NCBI GenBank assembly: GCA_964515375.1
Contig: CAZERF010000002.1
Span: forward strand, 93,164-157,163
Source: an uncultured Candidatus Saccharibacteria bacterium
GTDB lineage: Bacteria > Patescibacteriota > Minisyncoccia > Phycocordibacterales > UBA6899
DNA length: 64,000 nt
Direction of reading: 5' to 3'
The position numbers and the translations under genes were made by a program. The notes under the pieces were generated by a model. That model searched no databases. It saw only the letters and a list, made by a program, of their open reading frames with translations, and had not been told where the DNA came from. Positions 1 through 9,316 of the stretch are shown piece by piece. The first letter of the stretch is position 1; each line of letters begins with the position of its first letter.

Positions 1-1701
1 GTCTGTGCCCGAACGCGCTGTTCCGTTGGCTGTTGCATAATCTACTGTTGTACTTTTCGAGAGGTCGCCACTGCGTCGCACGGTGAGTGTGATGGAGGTA
101 CTTTCTTCTTTTGTTGTGTAGCTTGATGTGGCAAAAGAATATGCTGGAGCCGTAATGTTTGATTCGCTGAGACATTGCCCCTCACGGAGAAGTATTGCTC
201 CAGGGTGAAATATACTGTTTCCTTCGTCAAGATAGAGACCCCCCGTATAGTCGCCGTTAAACTTGATATTTAAATAGTAAATATCACGCGAAACATCAAT
301 GACACAACGAAGCGCTCCTGTCCCTATTGAAATGGTCGGATTTATTGTTCCTGAGGTTCCACAGCGTGGTAGATCGGGATTCATATCCCCCGGCGTTGGT
401 GTTAAGGTCATCTTGACACCCGCTCCGCCTATCGCTCCTCCGGTGAGACTCTTGAGGTTAAAGCCCCCCGCGTTTGTACTTAGTGTTTTTGAGTGATCCA
501 CAAAGTAGCGAATACTTAAGATGTGCCCCGGAGTATTCTTAATGCTCACCGTTTTTCCTTCAAAAGCTCCATTATAGACTCCAGAAACAACACACGGTTC
601 ATTGGTTGAATCGACTGACCCTCCATTTACACACCCGCTTACCGCTGTCCATGTTGCCGGTCTCCCATTGACCGTACTCTGGTCGACGACATAGATGGGC
701 GTGATCGCGTTGATGTCCGGACTCCATAATCCGAAACCTGGGTCACGCAGAAGGCAGGATTCTGATGCCCCCGCATTTCCATTTTGACTGTCGATCGTTC
801 GTGTCGCAAGTGTTGTTCCTTCCGTTGCTGTCCAGAAATTAAACGCACATGATGTTAAATCGGAACAGATTGTGTTAGTTGTTCCTTTCTCGATATTTGC
901 AATATTGATGTAGTAGCGAGTGTTGGGTTTGAGGATACAATATTCATCAGGATCTGATGTGTTGTCCATTGAGTATTTGATCACACTTGCCCCGTTGTTT
1001 TGCGCCACACAGGCTGGAGGTTTGGCAAATGCATTTGTGTCACCGGCGATCTCTGAAAGAATGATGAGTTTGCCGAGAGCTGTTGTGTCAGCAATGCTTG
1101 CATTGATAATGCCCTTGAATGCTCCTGAACCGGGAGAAGAGAAGCCAAAAGCGGTAACTTGCGTGGGGTCAGAAGAGAATGATTCCGGCGCTATTTGTTG
1201 GGTGGGAAATTCTGTCATAACACAACCCAACGTGTCTGATGCTGTGCATGAGAATCCGTCGTTCTTTTGATTTGGGACAAAGGTTGTGTTTGAGATCATT
1301 GCCTGTGTTGCACTAGGGGATGATGGTGGAGAAATTGCAATTTTTGCTTTATTCCCGACAAGTTGAGGGTTGATCGTGTTGAGAATGACCCATGAACCAA
1401 TAGCTAAAAGGAGTCCAAAAATAGCATTTGTGATACATTGTCGTGCCTCACTTTTTCCTTGCGCTTCGCCGCTTCCCATTAATTTTATCCCACAGATCAC
1501 AAGCATAAGGACCGCCAAGATTCCTGCGATTCCGATTATGGTGACATAAATCCCGTTCAAATATTGAGAAAGAGTTACCTTCCCTGAAAGTGTTCCAATT
1601 GGCGTGATGAGTTCATAGGTCGGGTCGCCTGCAATGGCAAGCATTGGTGGTGTGGCTAATGCGGCGAGAATGGACAGAATGAGAAAAAAAGAGCGGCGCA
1701 T
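1..1701 (-). CDS. Large surface protein (partial, runs off the left edge): signal peptide, CPR pilin/TrbC-VirB2-like two-helix region, Cys-rich body, start of a Calx-beta domain
   Basis: My own translation; absent from the ORF track because there is no stop inside the window. ATG at 1701 gives MRRSFFLILSILAALATPPMLAIA...YLNGIYVTIIGIAGILAVLMLVICGIKLMGSGEAQGKSEARQCITNAIFGLLLAIGSWVILNTINPQLV. The frame stays open to base 1, ending YSFATSSYTTKEESTSITLTVRRSGDLSKSTTVDYATANGTARSGTD, which matches the Calx-beta pattern. Confidence 0.8.
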   Translation of the reverse strand, partial: MRRSFFLILSILAALATPPMLAIAGDPTYELITPIGTLSGKVTLSQYLNGIYVTIIGIAGILAVLMLVICGIKLMGSGEAQGKSEARQCITNAIFGLLLAIGSWVILNTINPQLVGNKAKIAISPPSSPSATQAMISNTTFVPNQKNDGFSCTASDTLGCVMTEFPTQQIAPESFSSDPTQVTAFGFSSPGSGAFKGIINASIADTTALGKLIILSEIAGDTNAFAKPPACVAQNNGASVIKYSMDNTSDPDEYCILKPNTRYYINIANIEKGTTNTICSDLTSCAFNFWTATEGTTLATRTIDSQNGNAGASESCLLRDPGFGLWSPDINAITPIYVVDQSTVNGRPATWTAVSGCVNGGSVDSTNEPCVVSGVYNGAFEGKTVSIKNTPGHILSIRYFVDHSKTLSTNAGGFNLKSLTGGAIGGAGVKMTLTPTPGDMNPDLPRCGTSGTINPTISIGTGALRCVIDVSRDIYYLNIKFNGDYTGGLYLDEGNSIFHPGAILLREGQCLSESNITAPAYSFATSSYTTKEESTSITLTVRRSGDLSKSTTVDYATANGTARSGTD

Positions 1702-1726
1702 GTTAAATGGGTTAATGATTGCTAAG

Positions 1727-2305
1727 TTAAGAGGGCTTACCCCCGAGCGCTTGAAGCGCTTTGCGAATAATGGTTTGCGTGGAGTCTCCTTCTTCGATGA
1801 TCGAGCGGACGAGTTCGCGGACGTCGCGTGGCGGATATCCAAGTGCCTCGAGTGCCTCGAGTGCCTCTGTTTCCGCTTCGTGTGTGACGGTTGCCGTGTG
1901 GGGGATAAGCACGGTCTTGTCTTTGAGTTCAAGGACGATCTTCTGGCCAAGCTTTTTCCCAATTCCCGATACTTTGGTGAGGTAGTCACCGTTGCCGCTG
2001 TCGATGGCGTGAAGTAGCGTTGCGACATCCGCGAGTGAGAGAATGTTGAGCGCGCTTTTGGGTCCGATACCCGACACGCTGATCAAGAGTCGAAAAAGTT
2101 CGAGCTCGTTACGCTCGGTAAATCCGTAGAGATCGAGCGCGTCCTCGCGTACGGCAAGATGGGTCCAGAATTGGTGGATCTCGCCGACCCCGGACGCAAG
2201 CGCGGTCTGGGTGGTCACAAAAACGGTATATCCGACACCGCCAACTTTCACGATAAGCGTTCGTTCATTGTTGTAGACGACCATTCCTTCAAGTGTTCCG
2301 ATCAT
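1727..2305 (-). CDS. ruvA: Holliday junction branch migration protein RuvA
   Basis: MIGTLEG..VGGVGY..HLAVREDALDLYGF..LISVSGIGPKSAL..VSGIGKK..EALEALGY; start moved to the ATG at 2305. Confidence 0.95.
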   Translation of the reverse strand: MIGTLEGMVVYNNERTLIVKVGGVGYTVFVTTQTALASGVGEIHQFWTHLAVREDALDLYGFTERNELELFRLLISVSGIGPKSALNILSLADVATLLHAIDSGNGDYLTKVSGIGKKLGQKIVLELKDKTVLIPHTATVTHEAETEALEALEALGYPPRDVRELVRSIIEEGDSTQTIIRKALQALGGKPS

Positions 2306-2448
2306 AGCTTCCAGTATAGCGTATTTCAGGGAAACAGATATGCTGTGGCGTGGACAACAAGAGACGACGCCCTGCATCGCCCTCCCCTCACCGTTTGAGG
2401 GACCGGAGACTTGCTTTTTTTGTCTCAATACGCTAGGATTTCCCCATT

Positions 2449-2727
2449 ATGGCAATAACTTCATCAGCGAAACGAGCGATCCGAACTTCGGCGCGCCAAC
2501 GCGTCTATAACGTGCGTCGGCTTGATACGATGCGCGAGGGCGTGAAAGACATCAAGAAGCTCGCGACCGCGAAGAATTTCGCCGAAGCGGAGAAAGCGCT
2601 CCCCTTCGTCTACAAGGCGATCGACAAGGCGGCTAAGCGTGGAGTGATCAAAAAGAACACGGCCGCCCGAAAGAAATCTCGCATTGTCGCGTTCTTGCGC
2701 AAGAAGCAGGACAAGGCACAGGCCTAA
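2449..2727 (+). CDS. rpsT: 30S ribosomal protein S20
   Basis: MAITSSAKRAIRTS...IDKAAKRGVIKKNTAARKKSR. Confidence 0.97.
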   Translation: MAITSSAKRAIRTSARQRVYNVRRLDTMREGVKDIKKLATAKNFAEAEKALPFVYKAIDKAAKRGVIKKNTAARKKSRIVAFLRKKQDKAQA

Positions 2728-2762
2728 CAAAAAAAGAACACCCGACGGGTGTTCTTTTTTTA
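2728..2762. terminator. Bidirectional intrinsic terminator
   Basis: AAAAAAAGAACACCCG-A-CGGGTGTTCTTTTTTT lies between convergent genes. Confidence 0.85.
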
Positions 2763-2796
2763 TCGCAGAGAACAGAAGTGTTAAGTATAAAAAGAG

Positions 2797-3180
2797 TTAT
2801 TTTCCGTTCGCTTCGATCTGACTTTGAACCATCTCGGCGACCTCATGGGGAAGGATGTTGGATTTGATGAGATAGGAACAGGCTCCAAGCGAGACACCAC
2901 GTTCGATCTCGTCGCGCCCTCCCAGATTTGAGAGAATGATGACGGGAATGTCTTGCGTCGCGGGGTCCCCTTTGAGTTGTTCGAGGATCTCAAATCCGCC
3001 CATGTCGGGAAGCATGATGTCGAGAAGAATAAGATGCGGGTGTTCTTGTCGTGCCTTGGCGAGCCCATCGGCTCCGGTCCCTGCAGTGAGAACAGAGAAA
3101 CCGCTCTCGATCAGCTTGCCCGAGACAAGACTCGAAAGAAATGCATCATCTTCGATTGAAAGAACCATCTTTGTTTCCAT
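2797..3180 (-). CDS. Single-domain response regulator (REC)
   Basis: VLSIEDD, LILLDIMLPDMGG (phospho-Asp), IPVIILSN, YLIK. Confidence 0.93.
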   Translation of the reverse strand: METKMVLSIEDDAFLSSLVSGKLIESGFSVLTAGTGADGLAKARQEHPHLILLDIMLPDMGGFEILEQLKGDPATQDIPVIILSNLGGRDEIERGVSLGACSYLIKSNILPHEVAEMVQSQIEANGK

Positions 3181-3504
3181 GGTAAGTATGTCCTTCAGTA
3201 TAGCGGGGAATCGTCACTCCTGCAAAGTCTCTGGGGTGGAGGCGATCAGACCGATTTGTTGTTGTCTGAGAAAAGAAATTTACTTTTAGAGAGCAATGAC
3301 CTTGTCGGAGGATCCAATGAGTTCAATAAGTTCGCTCATGTTGGAGATGGGATACATTACGCTTTCGGGGATTCCGTATAATGAGAGGTAATTTCCGCTC
3401 ATATTTTTGCCGGAAAACAATGCCTAATCCTTCGCTTCCTGGGGGTGCCATGCGGTGCTTTTTCGTATAAGAAAAAACTCGGAATTGCTTCCGAGTTCTC
3501 CTTG

Positions 3505-3576
3505 TCCCCTCGCTAGGAATCGAACCTAGATTTTGAGTTCCGCAAACTCATGTCCTATCCATTGAACGACGAGGAG
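3505..3576 (-). tRNA. tRNA-Arg (anticodon GCG)
   Basis: Cloverleaf: acceptor CTCCTCG/CGAGGGG, anticodon arm TGAGT-TTGCGGA-ACTCA, T arm CTAGG-TTCGATT-CCTAG. Confidence 0.92.
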
Positions 3577-3662
3577 AGATATATCCGTATTGGTGATGCG
3601 GATAGGGACACACTACCATAACCGCTCTCTTCGGTCAAAGGAACGCGAAACAGAAAGACCGG

Positions 3663-4121
3663 CTAGAAGCCGATCTTTTCCATGAGGACTTGAACGAAGG
3701 ATTCGTGGAGTTCTTTCTCGGGAAGATATTGTGCGAGTTCTGCGCGGAGTTCTTCGGTATCAAGGTCGTCGGGGAGGTGGATGACGATGTGCGGCATCAG
3801 TTTTCTGTTCGAGTCGAGAATCAGACGGTTGTCATTCATGTAGTCAATGATCGCAAATCCTTCGAGGCTGCTGTAGGGGTAAAGTGATTTCCCGAATCGA
3901 ATACCGCTCTTGCGGATCTCTGCTGTCACAATATCCGGGCGACGGGCGGCGGTGAGAATGAAGGTGAGTGCTCCGATAAAGATGAGCGCCATCACAAGAT
4001 AACTGCGTGCCATGAACGCGACAACAAGGAGCGCTCCGGCGATGATGATGACCGAGGCATACCAGTCGTTCGTCTTTTCAAAATAGATGTGTTCGGGTGT
4101 TTCCCATTGCATAGTGGTCAT
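3663..4121 (-). CDS. Hypothetical membrane protein (two N-terminal TM helices plus soluble domain)
   Basis: 152 aa ORF, WETPEH..WY followed by two hydrophobic segments; resembles a common CPR family (from recall). Confidence 0.8.
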   Translation of the reverse strand: MTTMQWETPEHIYFEKTNDWYASVIIIAGALLVVAFMARSYLVMALIFIGALTFILTAARRPDIVTAEIRKSGIRFGKSLYPYSSLEGFAIIDYMNDNRLILDSNRKLMPHIVIHLPDDLDTEELRAELAQYLPEKELHESFVQVLMEKIGF

Positions 4122-4216
4122 ATTGTATCACGCTTCAAATAGGGTAGGGAAGGAAAGTTGTGCAGTGTTTGCGGAATCCCGCGGTTTTTTGTAGCATGTG
4201 TGGATAGTTTGAGTAG

Positions 4217-4306
4217 GGAGGAGTGGCCGAGTGGTTTAAGGCAACGGACTTGAAATCCGTCGTTCGCGAAAGTGAACCGTGAGTTCGAATCTCACCTCCT
4301 CCGCCA
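4217..4306 (+). tRNA. tRNA-Ser (anticodon TGA)
   Basis: GGAGGAG acceptor, ACGGA-CTTGAAA-TCCGT anticodon arm, long variable arm, encoded CCA. Confidence 0.96.
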
Positions 4307-4441
4307 GTTGGGAAAATGCAAATTTGGAGAAGACGGCTCGCGGCGCGAGACGCGCCGCTCGCACAGAATTTGAAAGGGCTTTTTTGGCGAAAAGGAAAAG
4401 GATTTATCAAGAAGGGCAAAAGAAATTTTTTCATAAATGCG

Positions 4442-5599
4442 ATGCGAGTTACTAAAAAGAAATTTTTCATAAGTTTAGGAATTTTATTCCTACTTCTTTT
4501 AATCATTGGTTCTAAAGATAAATCGGAAAAATCGGTAATTCCAGAAAACACTGGAAATACTACCAAGGTTGAAGCAACAGCCAGGAAATTTTACATGGGT
4601 TTTACACCGTGGCCACCAGATTTTTCTGATCAAGCAGTTAAAGGTTCGTATAAATTTATTGATGATCATGCTGATATTATTGCTCATCATCTAGACAATG
4701 GTATACCTTGGCAAGAAAGTCTTGAAGGAAAAGAATTTTCTAAACATCTTCGTGACCAATGGGCGCTAAGAAAATCCAATACCACAAATGATCATAAGGT
4801 TTATCTTGCTATTACTCCCATTAATACCGATAGGAATGGTTTAGCTCCATACTGGGGAGAAACTGATAATATTCCCTTATCTGAACCTTGGAAATCATAT
4901 GGCTTCAATGATGAAAGAGTCAAAAAAGCTTATCTTAACTATGCAATTCGAGCGATAGATTATTTCAAACCGGACTATATTGCCACTGGTATCGAATCGA
5001 ACATTTTAATTTCCAAGGCTCTGAGTAAATGGAATGATTATTTGGAATTAAATGAATATATCTACAAAGAACTAAAGAAAAAATATCCTAAACTATTAAT
5101 TTTTAATACGATCCAATACGAACATTTAAGAGCAATCGAGAATGATGCAAAACCAAACAGACATTTACAAATTCCTGAAGTAAAAAAGTTAATGCAGAAT
5201 AGCGATCTATTTGCTATAAGCACTTATCACTTTGGAACCGCTCATAATCCAGCAAATTCAAATTACTTTGGGCCTGCTCTATCATTCGGCAAACCTTTAG
5301 CTGTAGGAGAAATGGGTGCGATGTCGAAAGATATAACTATCTTTGGCAACAAAATTCATGCTAACGAGCAAGACCAATCAGAATTTATTAATTTCATATT
5401 AAGTGAAGCTAATAAAAATAATTTTCTTTTCGTCATAAATTTCGTGAATATTGATTATGATAAATTGCTCGGAAAACTTCCAAACGAAGTCAAGGAAGTT
5501 GCAAAAGCTTGGGTTAATACCGGATTAGTCCGCTCGGACTATTCTCCTAAACCAGCTCTTTCGGTGTGGGACGCCTATTATCATCTTCCACGTCGTTAA
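4442..5599 (+). CDS. Membrane-anchored glycoside hydrolase-like (TIM barrel) protein, AT-rich
   Basis: N-terminal basic/hydrophobic anchor; GIESN (acid/base-like) and KPLAVGEMG (nucleophile-like) motifs; C-terminal GLVRSDYSPKPALSVW resembles GH clan A. Much lower GC than the flanks. Confidence 0.7.
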   Translation: MRVTKKKFFISLGILFLLLLIIGSKDKSEKSVIPENTGNTTKVEATARKFYMGFTPWPPDFSDQAVKGSYKFIDDHADIIAHHLDNGIPWQESLEGKEFSKHLRDQWALRKSNTTNDHKVYLAITPINTDRNGLAPYWGETDNIPLSEPWKSYGFNDERVKKAYLNYAIRAIDYFKPDYIATGIESNILISKALSKWNDYLELNEYIYKELKKKYPKLLIFNTIQYEHLRAIENDAKPNRHLQIPEVKKLMQNSDLFAISTYHFGTAHNPANSNYFGPALSFGKPLAVGEMGAMSKDITIFGNKIHANEQDQSEFINFILSEANKNNFLFVINFVNIDYDKLLGKLPNEVKEVAKAWVNTGLVRSDYSPKPALSVWDAYYHLPRR

Positions 5600-5600
5600 G

Positions 5601-5781
5601 AGCGAGAATTTGCCATTTTTCGGTTGCACGACATCTTACTCCGGAACTTTTCCGTGACGCGTGGGATCATCTCTCGAACCTCCCGACTCCGGTGTTTCAT
5701 TCAACGTTTGATAACCTCACGTTGTGTGTCCTTGAGCATGAAGTGTGGAGACCAAAGCGCGCGTTTGTGTTACCTTCGTAG
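5601..5781 (+). pseudogene. Probable 3' remnant of a 2'-5' RNA ligase/2H phosphoesterase-like gene
   Basis: Frame reads ICHFSVARHLTPELFRDAWDHL...FDNLTLCVLEHEVWRPKRAFVL*. It has one HxS/T-like motif and no own start; GC returns to backbone level right after the AT-rich gene. Confidence 0.4.
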
Positions 5782-5902
5782 CGTCCGAGGAGTATCACGG
5801 AGTTACTCGAGATACCTTCACGTTATGTCGTAATTGTGGTACGGTGCATATGATGCGTGCATGTTTTGAGAACACACGGCGTTGTCGTAATTTCCCATTT
5901 TC

Positions 5903-8116
5903 ATGAAACGACGCGCCATTATATTCTCACTCCTCGTTGTTACACTCTTTGGAGGGATTTTTTATGTACAGACATTTTCTCGCGTCGAGCATGTGCGCCT
6001 GAATTTCTTTGCCGACCTATCGTATCGTTCGGATATCCTCTCGCAACAGATCATCGAGAAGATATCAGAAAAGGAGTCGGATATTTCCTTCATCGGACAG
6101 ATTCTCGAAAAGATCGCGCAATATGCCAAGGTCATTGATATTGCGTATTACGATCGCACGGGAGCACTTGCTGCGTACAAGAAAAACCCCCTTTTTGAAG
6201 GAACTGGTCATGTTCCTTCCGTCGAAGAGAACATGCTTCAGCAAGAGACCCTCCCCGTTGCGGAATTCGCAAAGGGGTATGCGCGATTTCTGTATCCTGT
6301 TTCGAATGAACGCGGTGAGATTTTTGGTTACCTGTTATTCACACAAGATACTACCTATATTGATGAGCACATTCGTGGTACGTGGCGTGACCGAAGTATC
6401 ATTTTCTTCTCACTTATCATCGGTCTCTTCGCCTTCGCCTACTTTCTTTTTTATGTTTATGTTATGCGATCGTCCTCGGTGGCGGTCGCTTTGCTTCGGG
6501 ATGTGAGAAAGAGTGTTGATCATTCCGGAGAGATTCCTCGAAATGTTTTCCCTTTTTCGCCTGAATTGAATAGTGAGATCGCGCTTACGGTGCAGAGTTT
6601 CTTGCGTGCGCGACAAGGCGCGCGAGAAGAAGCGGATCTGCGTTACAAGATCATTGACTCTCCTTGGACATTCTCGCGTTTGCAGCGCTTTTTTGCGAAC
6701 CGTATGCCAGAACGCAAATTGATCAATGTGTCGAATCGTCAACCTTATGTCCACACCGAGTCGGGAGGAAAGACTGTTGTCGTGCAGCCTGCGCACGGAC
6801 TCATTGCGTCGTTGGATGAGATGATGAAAGCCTGTGGTGGAACGTGGATCGCGCATGGTGCGGGGAGTAGGGATAAAGATGCGGTTGATCATGATGACAA
6901 GATCGCCGTCCCACCCGACGAGCCAAAATATTTTTTGAAGCGTGTCTGGCTTTCTGAAGATGAAGTGCGGGGTCATTATGTCGGTTTCTCAAACGAGGCG
7001 CTGTATCCTCTTTGTCTTATGACACACAACAGACCGATCTTTCGAACAGACGATTGGAATGCGTATAAGGCGGTCAATGAAAAGTTCGCGTCTGCTGTAA
7101 TTGCAGAGATCGCTGACGAGCGGGACCCGATCATTTTTATCCATGATCTCCATTTTGCTCTTTTGCCGCAGCTCATCAAGAAAGAACGTCCCGATGCGGG
7201 AGTGATTCTTTTTTGGCATCATCCGTGGCCGTCAGCGGAGCAGTTTAGCATCCTTCCTTGGAAGAAGGAGGTTTTGACCGGACTCTTGTCCGCGGACGTG
7301 CTTTGTTTCCATGTGCATCATTTTTGCAACAACTTCACCGAAACGGTCAAGAAGGAGCTTGAGGCAAAGATCGATACTGAGAATTCCGCAGTTTCTCTTG
7401 ATGGGAAAGAAACACTGGTGAAGCATTTTCCCATTTCGATTCCCTTCACGAATCTTCATTCTGATACACCACACGATCAGAAGAGAGTTGACCGTATTGC
7501 GGGGGAAGATCTAGGTGGCCTCCGCGTTATACTCGGTGTTGATCGAATGGATTACACAAAGGGGTTGATCGAACGTCTGAAGGGTGTCGAGCTTTTCTAC
7601 GAAACGTATCCTGAGTTCAAGAAGACCTCGGTATTTGTGCAGGTGGCGGCGCCAAGCAGAGAAGCTGTTTTGAAATATCGACAATACGCGGAACAGGTGC
7701 TTGCGGAAGTTGATCGCATTAACAAGAAGCTCCAGACCAACACGTGGAAACCAATCATCTTTTTGCACAAACAGGTTCCGCAACGTGACCTTGTTCACCT
7801 CTATCGCAAGGCCGAGATCTGTCTCGTGACCTCGCTTCATGATGGGATGAATCTTGTTGCAAAGGAATATGTTGCGCAGCATACCGATGAAGGAGTGCTC
7901 ATTTTGAGTGAGTTCACCGGAGCTGCTCGTGAGTTACATACGGCCATCAAGATCAATCCCTATTCGACATCTGACATTGTCGAGGCAATCCATTCAGCGT
8001 TTTTGATGGAAGGACATGAACGAAGGACACGATTGGATGCAATGCGTAGCAAGATCGCGCAGTATAATGTTTTTCGTTGGGCGGCGGATATCTTTGATGC
8101 GTTCTTAAATAAATAA
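5903..8116 (+). CDS. otsA: Trehalose-6-phosphate synthase (GT20) with an N-terminal two-TM extracytoplasmic extension
   Basis: NVSNRQP, GFSNEALYPLC, IHDLHF, FWHHPWP, GVDRMDYTKG, DGMNLVAKEY, LILSEFTGAA. Confidence 0.9.
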   Translation: MKRRAIIFSLLVVTLFGGIFYVQTFSRVEHVRLNFFADLSYRSDILSQQIIEKISEKESDISFIGQILEKIAQYAKVIDIAYYDRTGALAAYKKNPLFEGTGHVPSVEENMLQQETLPVAEFAKGYARFLYPVSNERGEIFGYLLFTQDTTYIDEHIRGTWRDRSIIFFSLIIGLFAFAYFLFYVYVMRSSSVAVALLRDVRKSVDHSGEIPRNVFPFSPELNSEIALTVQSFLRARQGAREEADLRYKIIDSPWTFSRLQRFFANRMPERKLINVSNRQPYVHTESGGKTVVVQPAHGLIASLDEMMKACGGTWIAHGAGSRDKDAVDHDDKIAVPPDEPKYFLKRVWLSEDEVRGHYVGFSNEALYPLCLMTHNRPIFRTDDWNAYKAVNEKFASAVIAEIADERDPIIFIHDLHFALLPQLIKKERPDAGVILFWHHPWPSAEQFSILPWKKEVLTGLLSADVLCFHVHHFCNNFTETVKKELEAKIDTENSAVSLDGKETLVKHFPISIPFTNLHSDTPHDQKRVDRIAGEDLGGLRVILGVDRMDYTKGLIERLKGVELFYETYPEFKKTSVFVQVAAPSREAVLKYRQYAEQVLAEVDRINKKLQTNTWKPIIFLHKQVPQRDLVHLYRKAEICLVTSLHDGMNLVAKEYVAQHTDEGVLILSEFTGAARELHTAIKINPYSTSDIVEAIHSAFLMEGHERRTRLDAMRSKIAQYNVFRWAADIFDAFLNK

Positions 8117-8117
8117 C

Positions 8118-9278
8118 ATGAAGATCTTTACGAATGCGCAAGATAAGGCGGTTGGAGGAATCGTAAGAATGATGCATACGTTCGTTTCGGGGGCACTGCG
8201 TTCCGATCCGTCACTTTCTTTTCACTTTGCGATCGTTTCAAGCAGTGCAGAGCTTCACGGAAAAGACGAGCAACGCTCTTTTGGTGTGCATGAGGGGTTT
8301 CCCGCCGATCGGATGATCTTGCCTAGTACTTATTATACAGAGGTTGTCACGCCCGCGAGTTCTCTCTTCGAGCTTTCCGACGGGATTGCGGGGTTGATCG
8401 ATTTCTATGCTGAAAGCATCCGCCGTGCGCGCCCTGACGTAGTGTTGATAAACGGAACATATTATCGACCGTGGGCACTGCTTCAGGCTGCACGGCGCAC
8501 GGCCACGCCTTATGTCGTCTTTGTGCATGGATCGGTCGTTGAGGAAGCAAAGGGTTCGCCCGAACCCTTGCTTAAACTTGTGAGCGCAATGGAGCGAGAT
8601 TTCTTCGATCCGTCCGCATCGTACATTTTTCCTTCACGAGTTGCTCTTGAGCGAACCTCGTTCGGAGAACAGGCTGACCAAGGGAGGTTCCATGTCATTA
8701 GTAATGCATTGGATGAGACATTTTTCATCTCGGGACATTCTCCGGTCGGAGACCCGATCCGTGTCGGCTTCGTGTTGCGCTGGGAAGAGGTAAAGAACAC
8801 GAAGTTCATTCTTGATTTTATTGATCATAATGAGCGCGCATCTCACTCGTACTCCGTTGTTGTGGTGTCGGATATTGATGCGTCTCGTGCTGATCAGTAT
8901 CGACGCTCTCATGCATTTTTTGCCCCGCCAAAGACAAAAGAGGAAATGGTGCGTTTTTATAAAGAAATCGATATCATCGTGAACCCTTCTTATTTTGAGA
9001 CGTTCGGATATGTGCCCGCTGAAGCGGTTGCAACAGGAACTCCGGCACTTGTCTCTCTTCGTCAGGGTATTTCAGAAGTGTTTCTGCGCTCTGGCTTGGA
9101 GCGTTTGGTTGTCGATCTTGACGAAGTGGCGCAAGTTTACGAGATCATCCCGCGCCTTGCGCGCGAGAGTGTGACTCCCGCGGAGATCGATCGGTTGCAT
9201 GCCGCACTCGACCCGCTCCACATCTCACAAGCGATCATTATGGTCTTGAAAGACGCATGCACAGAGTGTCAAGCATGA
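8118..9278 (+). CDS. Glycosyltransferase, GT4/GT-B fold
   Basis: NPSYFETFGYVPAEAVATGTP (EX7E motif); 1 bp downstream of otsA. Confidence 0.85.
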   Translation: MKIFTNAQDKAVGGIVRMMHTFVSGALRSDPSLSFHFAIVSSSAELHGKDEQRSFGVHEGFPADRMILPSTYYTEVVTPASSLFELSDGIAGLIDFYAESIRRARPDVVLINGTYYRPWALLQAARRTATPYVVFVHGSVVEEAKGSPEPLLKLVSAMERDFFDPSASYIFPSRVALERTSFGEQADQGRFHVISNALDETFFISGHSPVGDPIRVGFVLRWEEVKNTKFILDFIDHNERASHSYSVVVVSDIDASRADQYRRSHAFFAPPKTKEEMVRFYKEIDIIVNPSYFETFGYVPAEAVATGTPALVSLRQGISEVFLRSGLERLVVDLDEVAQVYEIIPRLARESVTPAEIDRLHAALDPLHISQAIIMVLKDACTECQA

Positions 9279-9316
9279 CCTCTTCGTGTTAGTATGATGG
9301 ATACTTAAATTATTTT

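Noticed and set aside
3286-3402. 38 aa minus-strand ORF (MSGNYLSLYG...SDKVIAL)
   Set aside because: Too short to support; possibly a gene remnant, but no independent evidence.
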